A stretch of 47,554 nucleotides of DNA, taken from positions 1 through 47,554 of the forward strand of contig JAHBMJ010000422.1 of the NCBI GenBank assembly GCA_018398765.1, in the 5' to 3' direction. The DNA comes from Chromera velia. Its lineage: Eukaryota. Position numbers and translations under genes: made by a program. Under the pieces are notes generated by a model that ran no database searches, was not told where the DNA came from, and saw only the letters and a program-made list of their open reading frames with translations. Positions 10,815 through 22,513 of this stretch are shown here, piece by piece. Position 1 is the first letter of the stretch. Every line of letters begins with the position of its first letter.

Positions 10815-12461
10815 GAACAGGATCCAACAGCACATTGGGAGAGACAAAATTCAGGTATTCCGGAGGGGCCTTCCAGGCCGCGTTGGAATGCCAGAATCTT
10901 TCCTCTGCCAGACTTTCCTTTCGTTCAAATAAAGCATCCGAGAGGACACCGAGGCTGTCTAACGTGTTTAGTTTGGCCTCTGCAATTCTCTCTGCCGTCT
11001 CCCTCACTTTCGTTCTTGCAGCATCGACAAACAAATTCCTTTTCCTTCTTTCATTTTCTTCTTTCTCTGCTTGCCGCAAAGCCTTGACCCCCGCCAGTCT
11101 TAGCTTTCTTTCTTCCCTGTCTTCTCTTATCTTCTTTTCACACTCCTCTTTCTCAGCTTGCTTCTGCTCTGCTGTCTTCTTCGCAGCCTGCAGTCTTGCC
11201 TGTTCGGCCTCTGCTGCTTCTCTTCTCTTTTCTTCCCTCTCTCTCTCCTTTGCTTCTCTTCTCGCCACTGCAGAGGGACGGTTTCTTTTATTTTTCCTTT
11301 CTTTTCTCTTCCTTTCTCTCTCCTTCTCCAGATGTTGTTGCCAGGCCTGTGGGTCATTCTTCTTATTTTTTTTGCACTCCCTCACCCTCTTTATTGTGGC
11401 CCAGGCTTCCTCCCTCCTCTTCTTCCCCGCTCCTCTTCTTCCTCACTTATGTCCTCTTCATCAGAGTATCCCTCTTCTTCCTCTCCACCGAATTCCTCCT
11501 CACTGGCGTCTTCTTCTTGCTCACCACAACGTGGCGGCGTCTCATATCTAAAGCCAGGCCCTGCAATGTCATCTTCATCTTTGTCTTCATCTTCGTCTTC
11601 TAAGAAAAGAGGGCCGCGGGCAAAGGGTGAGAGTTCTTCCATTTTGAACCCTGCAGGGCCGCGGGCAGAGGGCGAGAGTTCTTCCATTTTAAACCCTGCA
11701 GGCGCAAAACAGGAAGAGAGCCGGCTGTATCTCCGCGGCGGCGGCCTCAACGGACTTTTTTCTTCAACCTTCTCCATTGCCTCAGGAGAGAAGAGAGGGC
11801 TCTGCTGGGGAGTCTTGGGGGGGGACTCATCATCAGACGACTCCACCACCACAACGCTTTTGGAAGGTTCTAAAATATAAACACTTGACTCACTGTCTCG
11901 GCAAGCCATATTTATAGAGCGAAAAGGACTGAAGAAACCCGATCGGAACACGTTTGCACATAGGAGAGTGAAGTAGACAGACAGAGCCGGGCCAATAACA
12001 GAGGAGACGGATATGCTCCGTCAAGAGAGAGCTGTGATGCTTCGGCGTTACGGACGTTACGGACGCGCGGGGGGGGGGATGCCGGGGCCCGTGTTACGGG
12101 CGTTACGGACATTACGGATGGGGGGGGGCCCTGTAGGACCTTATCTAAAATTGATCCCGGTCCCGCAATGGCACGCCCGCGTGGAAAACCCGCGGGCCCT
12201 AGCTATAAAATTTATCAGCTCATGCATTTTTTTTTTTGCATGCATGCATCGATACATGCAAATGCATGCATTTCAATTGAGGACTCAATGAGGAGTGATA
12301 AACATCTGGGAAACCGTCAATGTGACACCTTTCTTTACCACCTTATACATAAAAGGCTTCAAACAAAGACACGCACGTAGACTTTCCCGTCTCCAGAACT
12401 GTGTGCACAGACAGAACTCTTTGAATCTCGGAGAACTTTCGTCTGTGCACTCTGTAGCAAA

Positions 12462-13031
12462 ATGAAACTCCGCAAACCCAAGGGAAGCACTCCAACTTCC
12501 CTTGAGGAGCCACTTCTCTTAGCTGCCCAAGCGAAAACAACTCCTGCAGCAGAAGAGAGAGTCCGACAGTGGCTGATCGATCAAGGATGCCTCCCTCCTC
12601 CTTCCAATTTCCAGTGTGCAGGGAACTCTTTTTCCCCTTCCCACCAGACTCCCTACAGGAAGGAGCAGTATATTTACAGGTATCAGAGGAAGGGATGCCC
12701 CCAATCATCACGGAGCGAGAGAAGAGGCACCCTGTTTGGAGGAAGGAACATTGCTCTGGGAGTGATTTTGATGGTGGCTTACTACTTTCTCGATGGAGAC
12801 AGGTATGCTTCCATTACCAACAAGACCGGTCTCTCCGACGAGACTGTGAGGGAATTTTGCGAGCGCTTCAACAGCGTGATCGTGGAAGACTTCGAACAGA
12901 TCGGATGGCACAATCCAGAAGGAAACGGAGACGGCTACCTACTGGGAGGGCCTGGAATTATAGTAGAGATAGACGAGAGCAAGTTTGGAAAACGCATGCA
13001 CAATAGAGGATGGAGGTGGGCTTGTTGGTAG
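12462..13031 (+). mobile_element. Second Merlin/ISXO2-like transposase fragment, 3'-truncated after the first catalytic Asp
   Basis: LGGPGIIVEIDESKFGKRMHNRG motif. N-terminal WLIDQGCL...FQC...YRYQRKGC and an HTH-like TGLSDETVREF. The ORF ends abruptly before AT-rich DNA. Confidence 0.85.
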
Positions 13032-13077
13032 CACGCAATGCATACCTATAAGAATCACATGACCGCCACATAGGTTT

Positions 13078-13200
13078 CTAACCTAACCTAGGTTAATTTG
13101 ACCTCAAGTCGAGGCCCGGCAGTGGACCGCGGGGCAACCCAGAATATAAATCCTAATCCTAAATCCTAAAGGTTAGGTTAGGTTAGGTTAGGTTAAAACC
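13078..13200. repeat. (CCTAA)n / (TTAGG)n pentamer repeats in opposing orientation
   Basis: ctaacctaacctagg at about 13078 and ggttaggttaggttaggttaggtta at 13171-13195. Confidence 0.7.
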
Positions 13201-14427
13201 TAATTAGATTCCCTGGTCATAGTACTACCATACATGCAGCCAGAATTCTAAAATTTAACTTAAAAAACCAAATAATTCGTATAGTCAATTTCTTTCCTAG
13301 TTTCCTTCCATACAGATTAAATCAATCATGCAATCAATTACTAGATCTAATACTAGATCAATTATAATTAACCGGCGGTGCCACTGATAGTTAAACTAGT
13401 GATATAATTTAAATTAACTTAATTAGTAAATTATTGATACTCATTATATATAAATTTTAGAACTCGATCTATTTACTAGTAGAACTTTCGTTTACTTTAA
13501 TTTAGACTTTAACTGGGACTTTAATTTACTCAATTAATTAAATCCTCATGTTTTAAGCGTTGTTCTTAAGAGTATACGAAGACTTGTATTAATATTTGAC
13601 ACTACATCATCATCACTAGTGACACTATAGAATCCTAGGTGGGATCAGACCAATTGACACCGGCATAGTATACATTTACTGTAATAAAAATAGTATACTG
13701 TGTTATAAAATCATATCAACTCAAATTCAGAAATTCCTGTTTTTTCTTTAAACTGTTCGATCTGAGTCTCTTCGCCGGTGGCCCAGGTTGTGGGTAGTAC
13801 ATACGTGCATGGCGACTGCGCAGTATTGCACAGCCAGCGCCAATCAACGAAACCAGTCAGTCTTGTTCTTTCCGATACATGCAACCATGCATGAAGACGC
13901 ACTCACGCGCCCTCAAACAGACCCTGCCAGAACCCCTCGAAGATTCGATGCTGGCTCTCGAAAATAAACGACTCACACGCAGGAACGCCAGAGAGCCCCC
14001 CTAAATTACTCCAACGCTCACCCATCCGCATACCTGCAGGAGGTTAAGAAAAGCAGAGAATGAATGTCATTTTTGGTTTTCTCTCCTCTCATCTCTCCCC
14101 TGTTCTCTCTTATACCAGGACGGATCTCCGCAGCCAAATCAGCTCTCTACTGCTCTACAGGTCCAGGCCATACAGACAGATGCAGATGTACGAAACGCAC
14201 GTCCCAAAAAGAAAACCACTGTTATGCAAGCTCTCTCCATGCAGTTGTACGAGCTCTAACTGAAAAGAACAAAAGATCGGGGAGACAGAGCAGAAGAGAG
14301 CCCGGAGGAATTTCGTGTGCCCACGGATGTGTAGATTGCTCTGTCGTTGACTCTGTGCTCCCTCGCCCCAATTCAAAAAAATTCTCTCCCTCCCTGCCTC
14401 GCTCCCTCCCTCCCTCCCTCCCCCCCN

Positions 14428-14464
<37 letters not shown>

Positions 14465-14467
14465 TGA

Positions 14468-14536
<69 letters not shown>

Positions 14537-14539
14537 TGA

Positions 14540-14576
<37 letters not shown>

Positions 14577-14620
14577 TGTGTGTGTGTGAGTGTGTGTGTG
14601 TGTGTGTGTATGTGTGCGTG
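14428..14620. repeat. (TG)n/(TGAG) microsatellite
   Basis: Seen directly. Confidence 0.95.
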
Positions 14621-14712
14621 TGTCTGCGTACTGTGGACTGTGACTGCAGGGCTTCTTCGCTTCTCAACGCACCTCATGGAGCTTCCAACGAGACCCCACG
14701 CAGGCCGCCCCC

Positions 14713-17173
14713 TCACAACTCGATCTTCAACTTGTCTGAGATGTCGATGTGAGCAACCACCTGCAGGAGTCTCTCAAAAAGAAAGGGGCGGATCTGTTTC
14801 AAGCATTCGACACGGCGGGCGGGACGCTGAATGGGAAAAGGAGAGGGCGGAAGTGACTGGAAGATTCCACAAAGATGTCTCGCCTGAATAAAGTTGTCAG
14901 ACACAATTGATTGCCCGTGTACGCATCTGTCTGTCCGTCCGTCTGTTTGCCACCCTAACTGCCTTTTTCTCGGTCCTTCTCTTTGCCCGCTGCCTGTCAG
15001 CTTGTCTGTCTGTCTGTCTGTCTGTCTGTGGACATGACGAAAATAAGGGAGAAGAAGAAACATGTAGTGTGTCTGTCTGTGACCCTAGCTGCCTGCCTGC
15101 CTGCCTGCCTGTCTGTCTCTCTGTCTGTCTGTGTACATGAAGAAAATAAGGGAGAAGAAGAAACATGTAGTCTGTCTGTCTTGTCTGTCTGTGACCCTAG
15201 CTGTCTGCCTGCCTGTCTGTCTCTGCCCTGTCTTGTTATGTCTCTCAGACCTTCTGGAACTCCTCAAAGGAGATGAGACCATCATGGTCCAAATCGGCCT
15301 GGAGCATTGTGCGGTCGACGAGTTGTTGCAGCTGCACTTATCATCGTCCATCAGGCACACGCCCGCACGCACACTCAGATGCAAATCAAGACTCCAATCC
15401 AGGATGTCCAAGGAATGCAAAATGGTGCGAGTGACGGTGTGGAAACCAAGGAAAGGGCCACCAGGAGGAGGTTTGAAGCTGTAGACAATAGAAGAGAACG
15501 GAAAAGACAACGGCGAGGCATGATTTGTTTCCTCCCTTTTCTGCTGCGTGTGCTTTGAAATGTGTCCACTCACGCACCTTTTTTTGCTCTCCCTTCTTTT
15601 CTGATGAGTCCCCACTTCCCTCCAACCAACCCCACTTCTGTTTTCTCCCCAATCCTTCTCTGTCTGTTTTCCTCTCTCTCTCTGTGCATTTCTTTCCCCT
15701 CATCTCCCTCCCCTTCCTTTCCCCTCNCCCCTCATCTCCCTCCCCTTCCTTTCCCCCTCCTACCGGACCAATCACCGAGACAGACTATATGCTTCTTCCC
15801 GCTCCTACAGACAGACAGACCTGTGCGTCGTTGAGGTTGCTTCCCACCATCATCTTCATCACAGTGAAGAGCTCTCCATTGGAGATGTACCCGTCTCTGT
15901 TGATGTCGTAGACCTCAAACGCGAACCTCGTCTTCTGGGCGTCTGCGGTGCCGGCAGCGAGCTTCGCTGCAAACACAAGGACACAGAAAAGGCAAGGCAG
16001 GTCAGGTGAAGAGAGGTGGCGCGAGATCGGGCAGCCTGAAAAAGAGACAGTTACTGCGAAGGAAGAATAAGAAGGAACACAGCGGAAAGACGGGGGGCAG
16101 ATAGGAATGTGGGCAGGGACGGAAGGGGGGTCGCGAAGAACGGGGATGTGGGAATCCCAAACGGAAGATGAGCGAAGACGAAGAAACGGCGGGCAGAGGT
16201 GGGCGGAGGAAGGGGGGTGGGAGAAGCGGAGGGAGGGGACGGAAAAACGAATTTTGGGGGGGAAGGACATGAGGAATGACAGCAGGTGATGAAGAAGAGG
16301 GAGAGCGGGGAAAGGAAAGAGGGTAGAAAGAGACTGGAGGAGAGGAGACATCGTTCGCCAAATGAAGTGAATGAGGGAGGGGGGCTAGGGAGGAGAGGCA
16401 GAGCGGGGGGTCAAGAATCGGGAGGGCTTTGTCCCCCTTCCTCGTGCCTTAAACGTCTCGCACATACCTCTCTGTCTCCATGTTGGGGGTGTCTTGAAAG
16501 GTCAGACAGACAGACGGACACACAGACAGATGCAACTTCGAAGCACTCTGGGTATCATGACTTATATTGGACGTGCCGAGTGTCAATGGAGCGGCAAATG
16601 GGTGTGTTTGGTTGTCTGATAGGGTGACTGACCGAGGCCGACAAGAAACTCGACGAAGGAAACCTTCCCGTCCCTGTTCGTATCAAAAATTGATATCACC
16701 CGTTTGACCAGAGGGTTCTGCAGTCATGCACATTTTTTGAAAGACACTAATTAGTCCCAAACACCACAATCAAGACCCACAAAGACAACAGCACGTGACA
16801 GAAAGGGACCACTGAACACGGTTGGGCGAAACCAAATTCGAACCCGTGTCTTGATCCATTGACCGACTGACGTCTGCAATTTCGGGGACGTCAAAGAGTT
16901 CATGAGGGTCCAGCTCTCCGTTTCTGTTTGAGTCCAGAGACTGAAACCGTTTGTACAGTTTCTTGATGTCCCGTTCTGTGAAGTTTGCGGACTGCACGAG
17001 GTCCTTCTGCTCTTGCGGGGACAGAGAGGTGTTTTGGTTTCTGCAGAGAACAGGAGCAGTCAAGCAAAAGGAAATTGGCTTGTGGGTCACAGAGGTAGAA
17101 AGCATGGTCCCCAACGACAAAGCTGGCAGAGAAGAAGCATCCCTAACACGCTGGTGAAAGCGACTTACCCCAT
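14713..17173 (-). CDS. CNB1: Calcineurin subunit B (PP2B regulatory subunit), 177 aa, 6 exons: 17169-17173, 16872-17040, 16633-16717, 15821-15966, 15251-15331, 14713-14760
   Basis: All introns are GT-AG and in phase. Spliced protein: [16 protein letters not shown]...[17 protein letters not shown]...[24 protein letters not shown]...[20 protein letters not shown]...[42 protein letters not shown]. Four EF-hands and an N-terminal MG myristoylation site. Confidence 0.97.
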
Positions 17174-17449
17174 CTTCCAAGGGAGATGCTGTAAGACTTC
17201 AGTGGAGATGGAAGAAACACCGAAAAGCCGCAGCCCCCAACCCCGTCGGCAGCAACACACCAGAAGGAGGCTTGGATTTTTCTCTTCCAGCAAGTCAAAT
17301 CAAGAGCTCACAGTTGTTGCACACATATTCGGGTTCAAGACTGCACGGGGAAGTGAAAGTGGGTACTGAACAGCCTGTCGACATTTTTTCCGATCGAAGT
17401 TTTCCATTGCAGAAACAGGATCTGAATTGTTCCTGCATGATCCTTCGAT

Positions 17450-17645
17450 CCGGTCCACGCATGCAGCCCCCCGCCGCCCCGGCCCGCGGGCCCGCGGCGC
17501 CCCCGCGGCGCGGGCCTATATAGTGCGCGCGCTCGGAATATGGCTCTGCATGTTGCCCATGCAGAAGCATGCATGCATGCACAAGTTCGGACGCGCCCCG
17601 GCCTTGAGGGCCATGGCGCGCGGAGGGCGCGCTGGAAGCGCGCTG
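17450..17645 (-). promoter_or_regulatory. GC-rich promoter-like island with TGCATGCA repeats upstream of calcineurin B
   Basis: CG-rich palindromic stretch and gcatgcatgcatgc at about 17567-17580, about 300-450 bp upstream of the ATG. Confidence 0.5.
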
Positions 17646-18005
17646 TTCGTTTGTGAGAGCATCAGCTAGAGTACACCAAATACACCATGTCCGGCCATCA
17701 CGGGAAGAGCAACTTAGTTTGTTATGTCATGTTATATCATCCACTGAGCTGCAATTCCAGCGTCATTTGTGAAATTTTAAATCTTAAAGTTTGTGCACAC
17801 ACAGTACACAATACGTACATAGCAGTATGAGAACAGGCGTAGACAACTATATTGTAAAAAATTATGAACAATAATAGTTCTAAAGTATTCTAAAGATAAT
17901 GAGGCCGGGCCAGTAAGTTGTTTTACAATATTTTGTACCCACAGAAAAAAAATTTCACGATGCATAATATGTTTTAATTGTCATAATGTAGATCGAATGA
18001 TAGGT

Positions 18006-18314
18006 TGAATCAATCAGAACGGCGCAATGCGTGCACGAATATTTGTAAATATTCGCGCGCGCATTACGCCGTTCTGATTTAAGCAGAAAGAGCTAACGCT
18101 CTAGACATGATCGACATGAAGATCTACTTCTTACGCAAAACTTCTGGCAGTTGCCCAGAGTAGTCTTTGTCTGCTTTTGTGTCTTACATTGACCACGAAT
18201 GTATGGACGTTAATTTGACTTACCTCAAACATGCTTTTGCATGCATACATTTTATTTCATTTTATTTCTGCACGTTTGCAAATATTTGCGCGCACATTGC
18301 ACCGTTCTGATTCA
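18006..18314 (-). mobile_element. Putative 3' LTR (309 bp) of the copia element
   Basis: TG...CA termini (TGAATC...GATTCA). Preceded on the minus strand by a short polypurine tract GGAGGG, about 110 bp after the RNase H stop. No matching 5' LTR in the window. Confidence 0.6.
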
Positions 18315-18424
18315 CCCTCCGAGCAGGTGAGCAAGTGAATCTTTTGATAGATCACAGGCTTGATCGATACTGCATGAATCGAGCGAAACTGTGAGTTGTT
18401 TCATTTGTAGATTGATTCCGTGAA

Positions 18425-18882
18425 CTAGATAGGTTTGCACAGATAAGTTGCCGGCTGTGCATATCTGGTGATCCACTGCATACACACCCCCCACTTCTGG
18501 ATCTGCTGAAGAACGTAATCGAGCATCCCCTGATACTCGGTGTCTGTGTCCAAAATCCCTGATCTGACCCAATCATGTAGTGCCCCGTTGTCAACAAAGA
18601 TCGAAATGATCGGATCTCTCCCCTACAACTTTTGAATGAATCGTACACACCTTGAAATACATTTGATCAGACGACAGACGGCAATCAACTCACCAATTGA
18701 TGATGAGCTGTGCTTGCTTTTGTCCTTGGAGAGGTCCCATAAGATGATATTCTTCGGCCCATCTCGTTCTAGATCCCACGACTCATCATTGAGCATTATC
18801 ATGTCCCCTTGCCTACCTTCATACTTCGGGCGGTTCCACATAGCATCGGAACAACCGGCGAGATGGAGTTCTCTTCCCTTCA
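18425..18882 (-). mobile_element. Ty1/copia RNase H domain, frameshifted and separated from its RT by an insertion
   Basis: LHLAGCSDAMW...RQGDMIML...IILWDLSK...SSSSIGELIA and a terminal MQWITRYAQPATYLCKP fit the copia RNase H motifs. Confidence 0.8.
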
Positions 18883-20999
18883 AACTAACTGTACTGACAA
18901 TTGAAACTTTTGTACTAGAAAGTGACTTTTAATTTTCTATATATCACACTAAATTTTATGTAAAAAACTAAGTTTTTAAAGCACTTAGAATGATTCTATT
19001 TATTGTTTCTTACCTGCATGAAAGTATGAACAACTTTTAAAGATAAGGTTTAATGAGTTTGTGGTGTGTATGTTGGAAATTGTTGGACGTGAGTGAGGTG
19101 AAAGAGTTATAGTATGTTGATATGTCGGGGAGTGATTGCAGACTCTGCAGGCATGTGACAATACGCAGTGTAATGCACAAATAAGCTAACTTTTATTTCT
19201 AATGGAATATGCCGAATCCGCACACTGATGTAAGGAGGGAACACACAGCGGGCAACCCTCATGAAAGGTAAGAATGAATGTCCGCAAACAGATCTGCCGA
19301 TTTAACACCCACAGAAAGCAGTTCAACCAAACAAATGTTGAGCACTATGACCGTGCAAGAGGTAAATACTTAGCTTCTGAAAGCCTGATCGATCCATGGC
19401 CTCTAGCCAGAGGGCCTTGCCCACGACCAGCCATCATAGCGTTCTTGTTTTTTCTGGGTGAGGCCCGGCACTGGCCACTGGGTCTTAGTCCACCCAAGAG
19501 CCCTACCTCCAAATTCTCATACAAACAAGAGCTGTGCCTCATTCCCACAACTTCAGATCACCCGAGATTACCAGCCGTAATCCTTCCTCATGAAACCCAA
19601 GCACCGATAAACGGTCCTCCGAGAAAAGCTTAGTCTGATCTGCAGCACAGATATACAAAAATTCATAAAGTGGCTTACCTTCTGGCCACCCAAAGCTAGC
19701 CCCTTCATCCAGAAAGCCTTTCTAGCTCCTCATCTAGAGCTTGTTAGAGTGCACGCATGGAAAGGATTCAATAGAAGCTTTACTGGGGCAACTTTGTAGG
19801 CCTCTTTGCGTGGAGACGGGCTAGGAGACGGGCCGTGCCCTTCGTGATGGAAGATCGAAATTGCCCTCTCAGGGCAACCAGTAGAGTGAATGTCATAAAC
19901 CCAAGAAAAAGCAAAGAAGCCAATCCTCTGGGCTTTCAATAAAGCCTACTTTCATCGCTGGAGAGTAGGTCTGTGTGATGCATTGGGAGAGAGGAGACTA
20001 GGTCGTGCTCTGATCGACTTGAAACATTCGACGGAAAGCCGATTTTGGGAGCCGATTTTAGATCGGCCAACCATGTGACGGCCCCGAAAGGCAAACTACG
20101 CGTTGCGAGCCAGGGTCCGGCCCACCAGCAAGGCCAAAAAGCACTTCCCGGCTGCGCGCTGACCCATTAAAATGCCGATCTAAAAAATTTTTAGTTAGGT
20201 CTTCAGAAAGTTCTCCTCCAGTCAGAAAGTCGGGTCAATAGAATGGGCCTCTATCCACAAAATCTCGTTGTCAAGCGTTCCATTAGATTGTATTGGAAGG
20301 CTTAACAACGACGAAATCGTGTTCAGCCTGTTATTCCAGAACCTTATTTTTGGAGGGGTTACAGATTCCGGAGTTTTTTCCCCCTCCGGTATCTGTGTTG
20401 GCTAGACACCTCTGGTTACTCGTGGGAGTGGTTGCCTCGGTGCAAAGGAGTTGTACAACAACTAGAAGGGTTGCTGGACTGGTTTGGATCGCTTAATCAG
20501 GTCAGTTCATTTTGTGTCAACACACTCCTAGACACATTTTGGACGCAAACCTGCAGAGGAGGTCGGACCCCCCCCTCTACCAGGGGTATGAAATTCCGCT
20601 GCTTCGTACCCCTGCGAGAGAGTCCACCCCCCCCTCCCAGTGAGGGAATTGAAAAAATCTTATTTGCAGAGATGAGCCTTCTTGGTGCATACAGAAAGCT
20701 TTGTACGATGTCTGTGAGTGTTTCTGTATGGCTGCAACCTGGCCATTGTGGTTTCTGAATGACTGACCGGTCTGTCCTCAGCAAAGCACAAAACTGCCGT
20801 CTCCCTTTGCATGTGTTGTTCACCCCTGCCCCCCTCCTCTGCTCTTTGCAGGTCGTAGGTCTCCTCTAAGAGATGCTTGTTTTATGTCCCAGTCCTTCCT
20901 CAACTCCTTCAGAGGTAGGTCTTTGCATTTTTGTTAAGGCCGCAGTCTTCAGACTGCAAAAGGGAGTAGTGCCCCTACGTGCCAAGCCTGTGTTTTTTT

Positions 21000-21745
21000 C
21001 TATCTGCCTGACTGCCTCCGAAATTTCGCCCTTCTTGCCTGCATGACTGCCCTCTAGCTTTCGGCCTTTTTGTCTGGCTAAATGCCTTCCCAATTTTGGC
21101 CTTTCCGCCCGCTCTATTGCCTTCCTAATTTCGGCCTTTGCCGTGCTCCCAATTTCGGTCTTCCTGCCTGCTCGATTGCCTTCCTAATTTCAGCCTTCTT
21201 GCCTGCTTGACTGCCTTCTAGAGTTTTGTATTTCTGCCATGCTGACTGCTTTCCCATTTTGGCCTTCTTACCTATCTGACTGCCCTCCAAATTTCGGTCT
21301 TTCTGTTTGTCTCAATGCTTTCCAAATTTCAGGCTTTCTGTCTGCCTAACTGACTTTGCAATTTCGGTCTTCCTGCCTGTCCGGTTGCCTTCCCAATTTC
21401 GGCTTTCCTGCCTGCCTGCCTGATTGTCTTCCCTATTTTGGCCTTCCTTCCTGCCCAAGTTTCCTCCTAACGCTTCCTAATTTCGGTCATCCTGCTTGCC
21501 CGATGGCCTTCCCAATTTTGTTCTTCCTTCTGGCCCGACTGTCTTCCCAAGTTCGGCCTTCTTGTATGTCTGACTGCCTCCCAGAGTTCGTTCTTTCTGC
21601 CTACATGCCTGCTTTCCAATTTTGGTCTTCTTGGCGGCCTGACTGCCTTCTAATTTCGGCCTTCCTGCCCGCCCTAGTGCCCACCTGATTGCCTTCCCGA
21701 TTTCGGCCTTCCTACCCGTCCGATTGTTTTCCCAATTTTGGTTTT
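21000..21745. repeat. Minisatellite, about 35-bp unit, about 20 degenerate copies (aatttcggccttcctgcctgcctgactgccttccc)
   Basis: The aattt/cggc anchor recurs at about 35-bp spacing. Confidence 0.9.
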
Positions 21746-21918
21746 CCTGCTTTCATGTATCATTCTGATGCAAATTAAAGATACAGGTTGTGTTTGTATG
21801 CATACTTTTATTTGTATTCTGGCGATTCGACTGACTTTTTGTTTGTGTGCACGTATTTCTGCAGGTGGCGTTCACGGGTGTGCATGTTTGATATATACTG
21901 AGATGCCCCCCCCCCCCC

Positions 21919-22155
21919 NNNNNNNNNNNNNNNNNNNNNNNNNNNNNNNNNNNNNNNNNNNNNNNNNNNNNNNNNNNNNNNNNNNNNNNNNNNNNNNNNN
22001 NNNNNNNNNNNNNNNNNNNNNNNNNNNNNNNNNNNNNNNNNNNNNNNNNNNNNNNNNNNNNNNNNNNNNNNNNNNNNNNNNNNNNNNNNNNNNNNNNNNN
22101 NNNNNNNNNNNNNNNNNNNNNNNNNNNNNNNNNNNNNNNNNNNNNNNNNNNNNNN
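21919..22155. other. Assembly gap (N run) after a poly-C tract
   Basis: N characters. Confidence 1.
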
Positions 22156-22513
22156 CGCCCGCCGTTGAGCAGTGCCTCATATGAATTGAAAACAAAACAG
22201 TTATGATCATGAGAAGAAATGCTTTAATCAGATCGATTCAGGGCCATTCAGATACATTTCTTATTGTATTTTCGTCTTAGCGTTAATTTACGATAATAGG
22301 TACCAAATAATTTATGGTTTTGAAAAAATATATACTCTATATATACATTTTTTTATTTCATTTTTTAAACATCTTACTAAGCTTAAATAGTCTTAAATAA
22401 ATTATGAAAATCAATTAGTTTAAAGGTTAAACGATCTATTTTAATGTTTTAAAAACTAAATTTTTTAAAGTCACTTTCCAGTACAAAAGTTTCAATTGTC
22501 AGTACAGTCAGTT

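Larger units (their letters stand above)
9068..11951 (-). pseudogene. Multi-exon hypothetical gene (acidic, Lys/Glu coiled-coil, Ala-rich and GR/EA-repeat segments), with at least one frameshift at about 11410-11440
   Basis: ORFs 11391-11951, 10543-11385, 10110-10769 and 9068-10096. Intron 10624-10808 (GTCAGT...TTGCAG) joins PVPF-NGHQLSFLRF in frame. Exact structure is uncertain. Confidence 0.5.
18883..22513. mobile_element. TIR DNA element, about 3.6 kb, non-autonomous or degenerate, Kolobok-like termini, inserted in copia pol
   Basis: 47-bp TIRs matching at 45/47 positions (AACTRACTGTACTGACAATTGAAACTTTTGTACTRGAAAGTGACTTT). 4-bp TSD TTCA at 18879-18882 and 22514-22517. Excision restores the frame LHGLK-GRELHL. 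Confidence 0.9.

Noticed and set aside
10808..11880. Plus-strand Ser/Phe-rich ORFs, and 41142-42983 overlapping the 732-aa ORF
   Set aside because: Antisense or alternate-frame shadows of real low-complexity exons.
12137..12160. ggaccttatctaaaattgatcc as the left TIR of the second Merlin copy
   Set aside because: The position is plausible, but no right-hand inverted copy or TSD was found.
13171..13195. (TTAGG)5 as a telomere
   Set aside because: Only 25 bp and internal to the contig.
14155..14891. HT-repeat and CV-repeat ORFs (also at 26055-27455)
   Set aside because: Translations of (CA)/(TG) microsatellites.
21000..21745. Regularly spaced repeats of about 35 bp resembling a CRISPR array
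   Set aside because: Degenerate head-to-tail units without unique spacers, no cas genes, and a eukaryotic context; this is a minisatellite.
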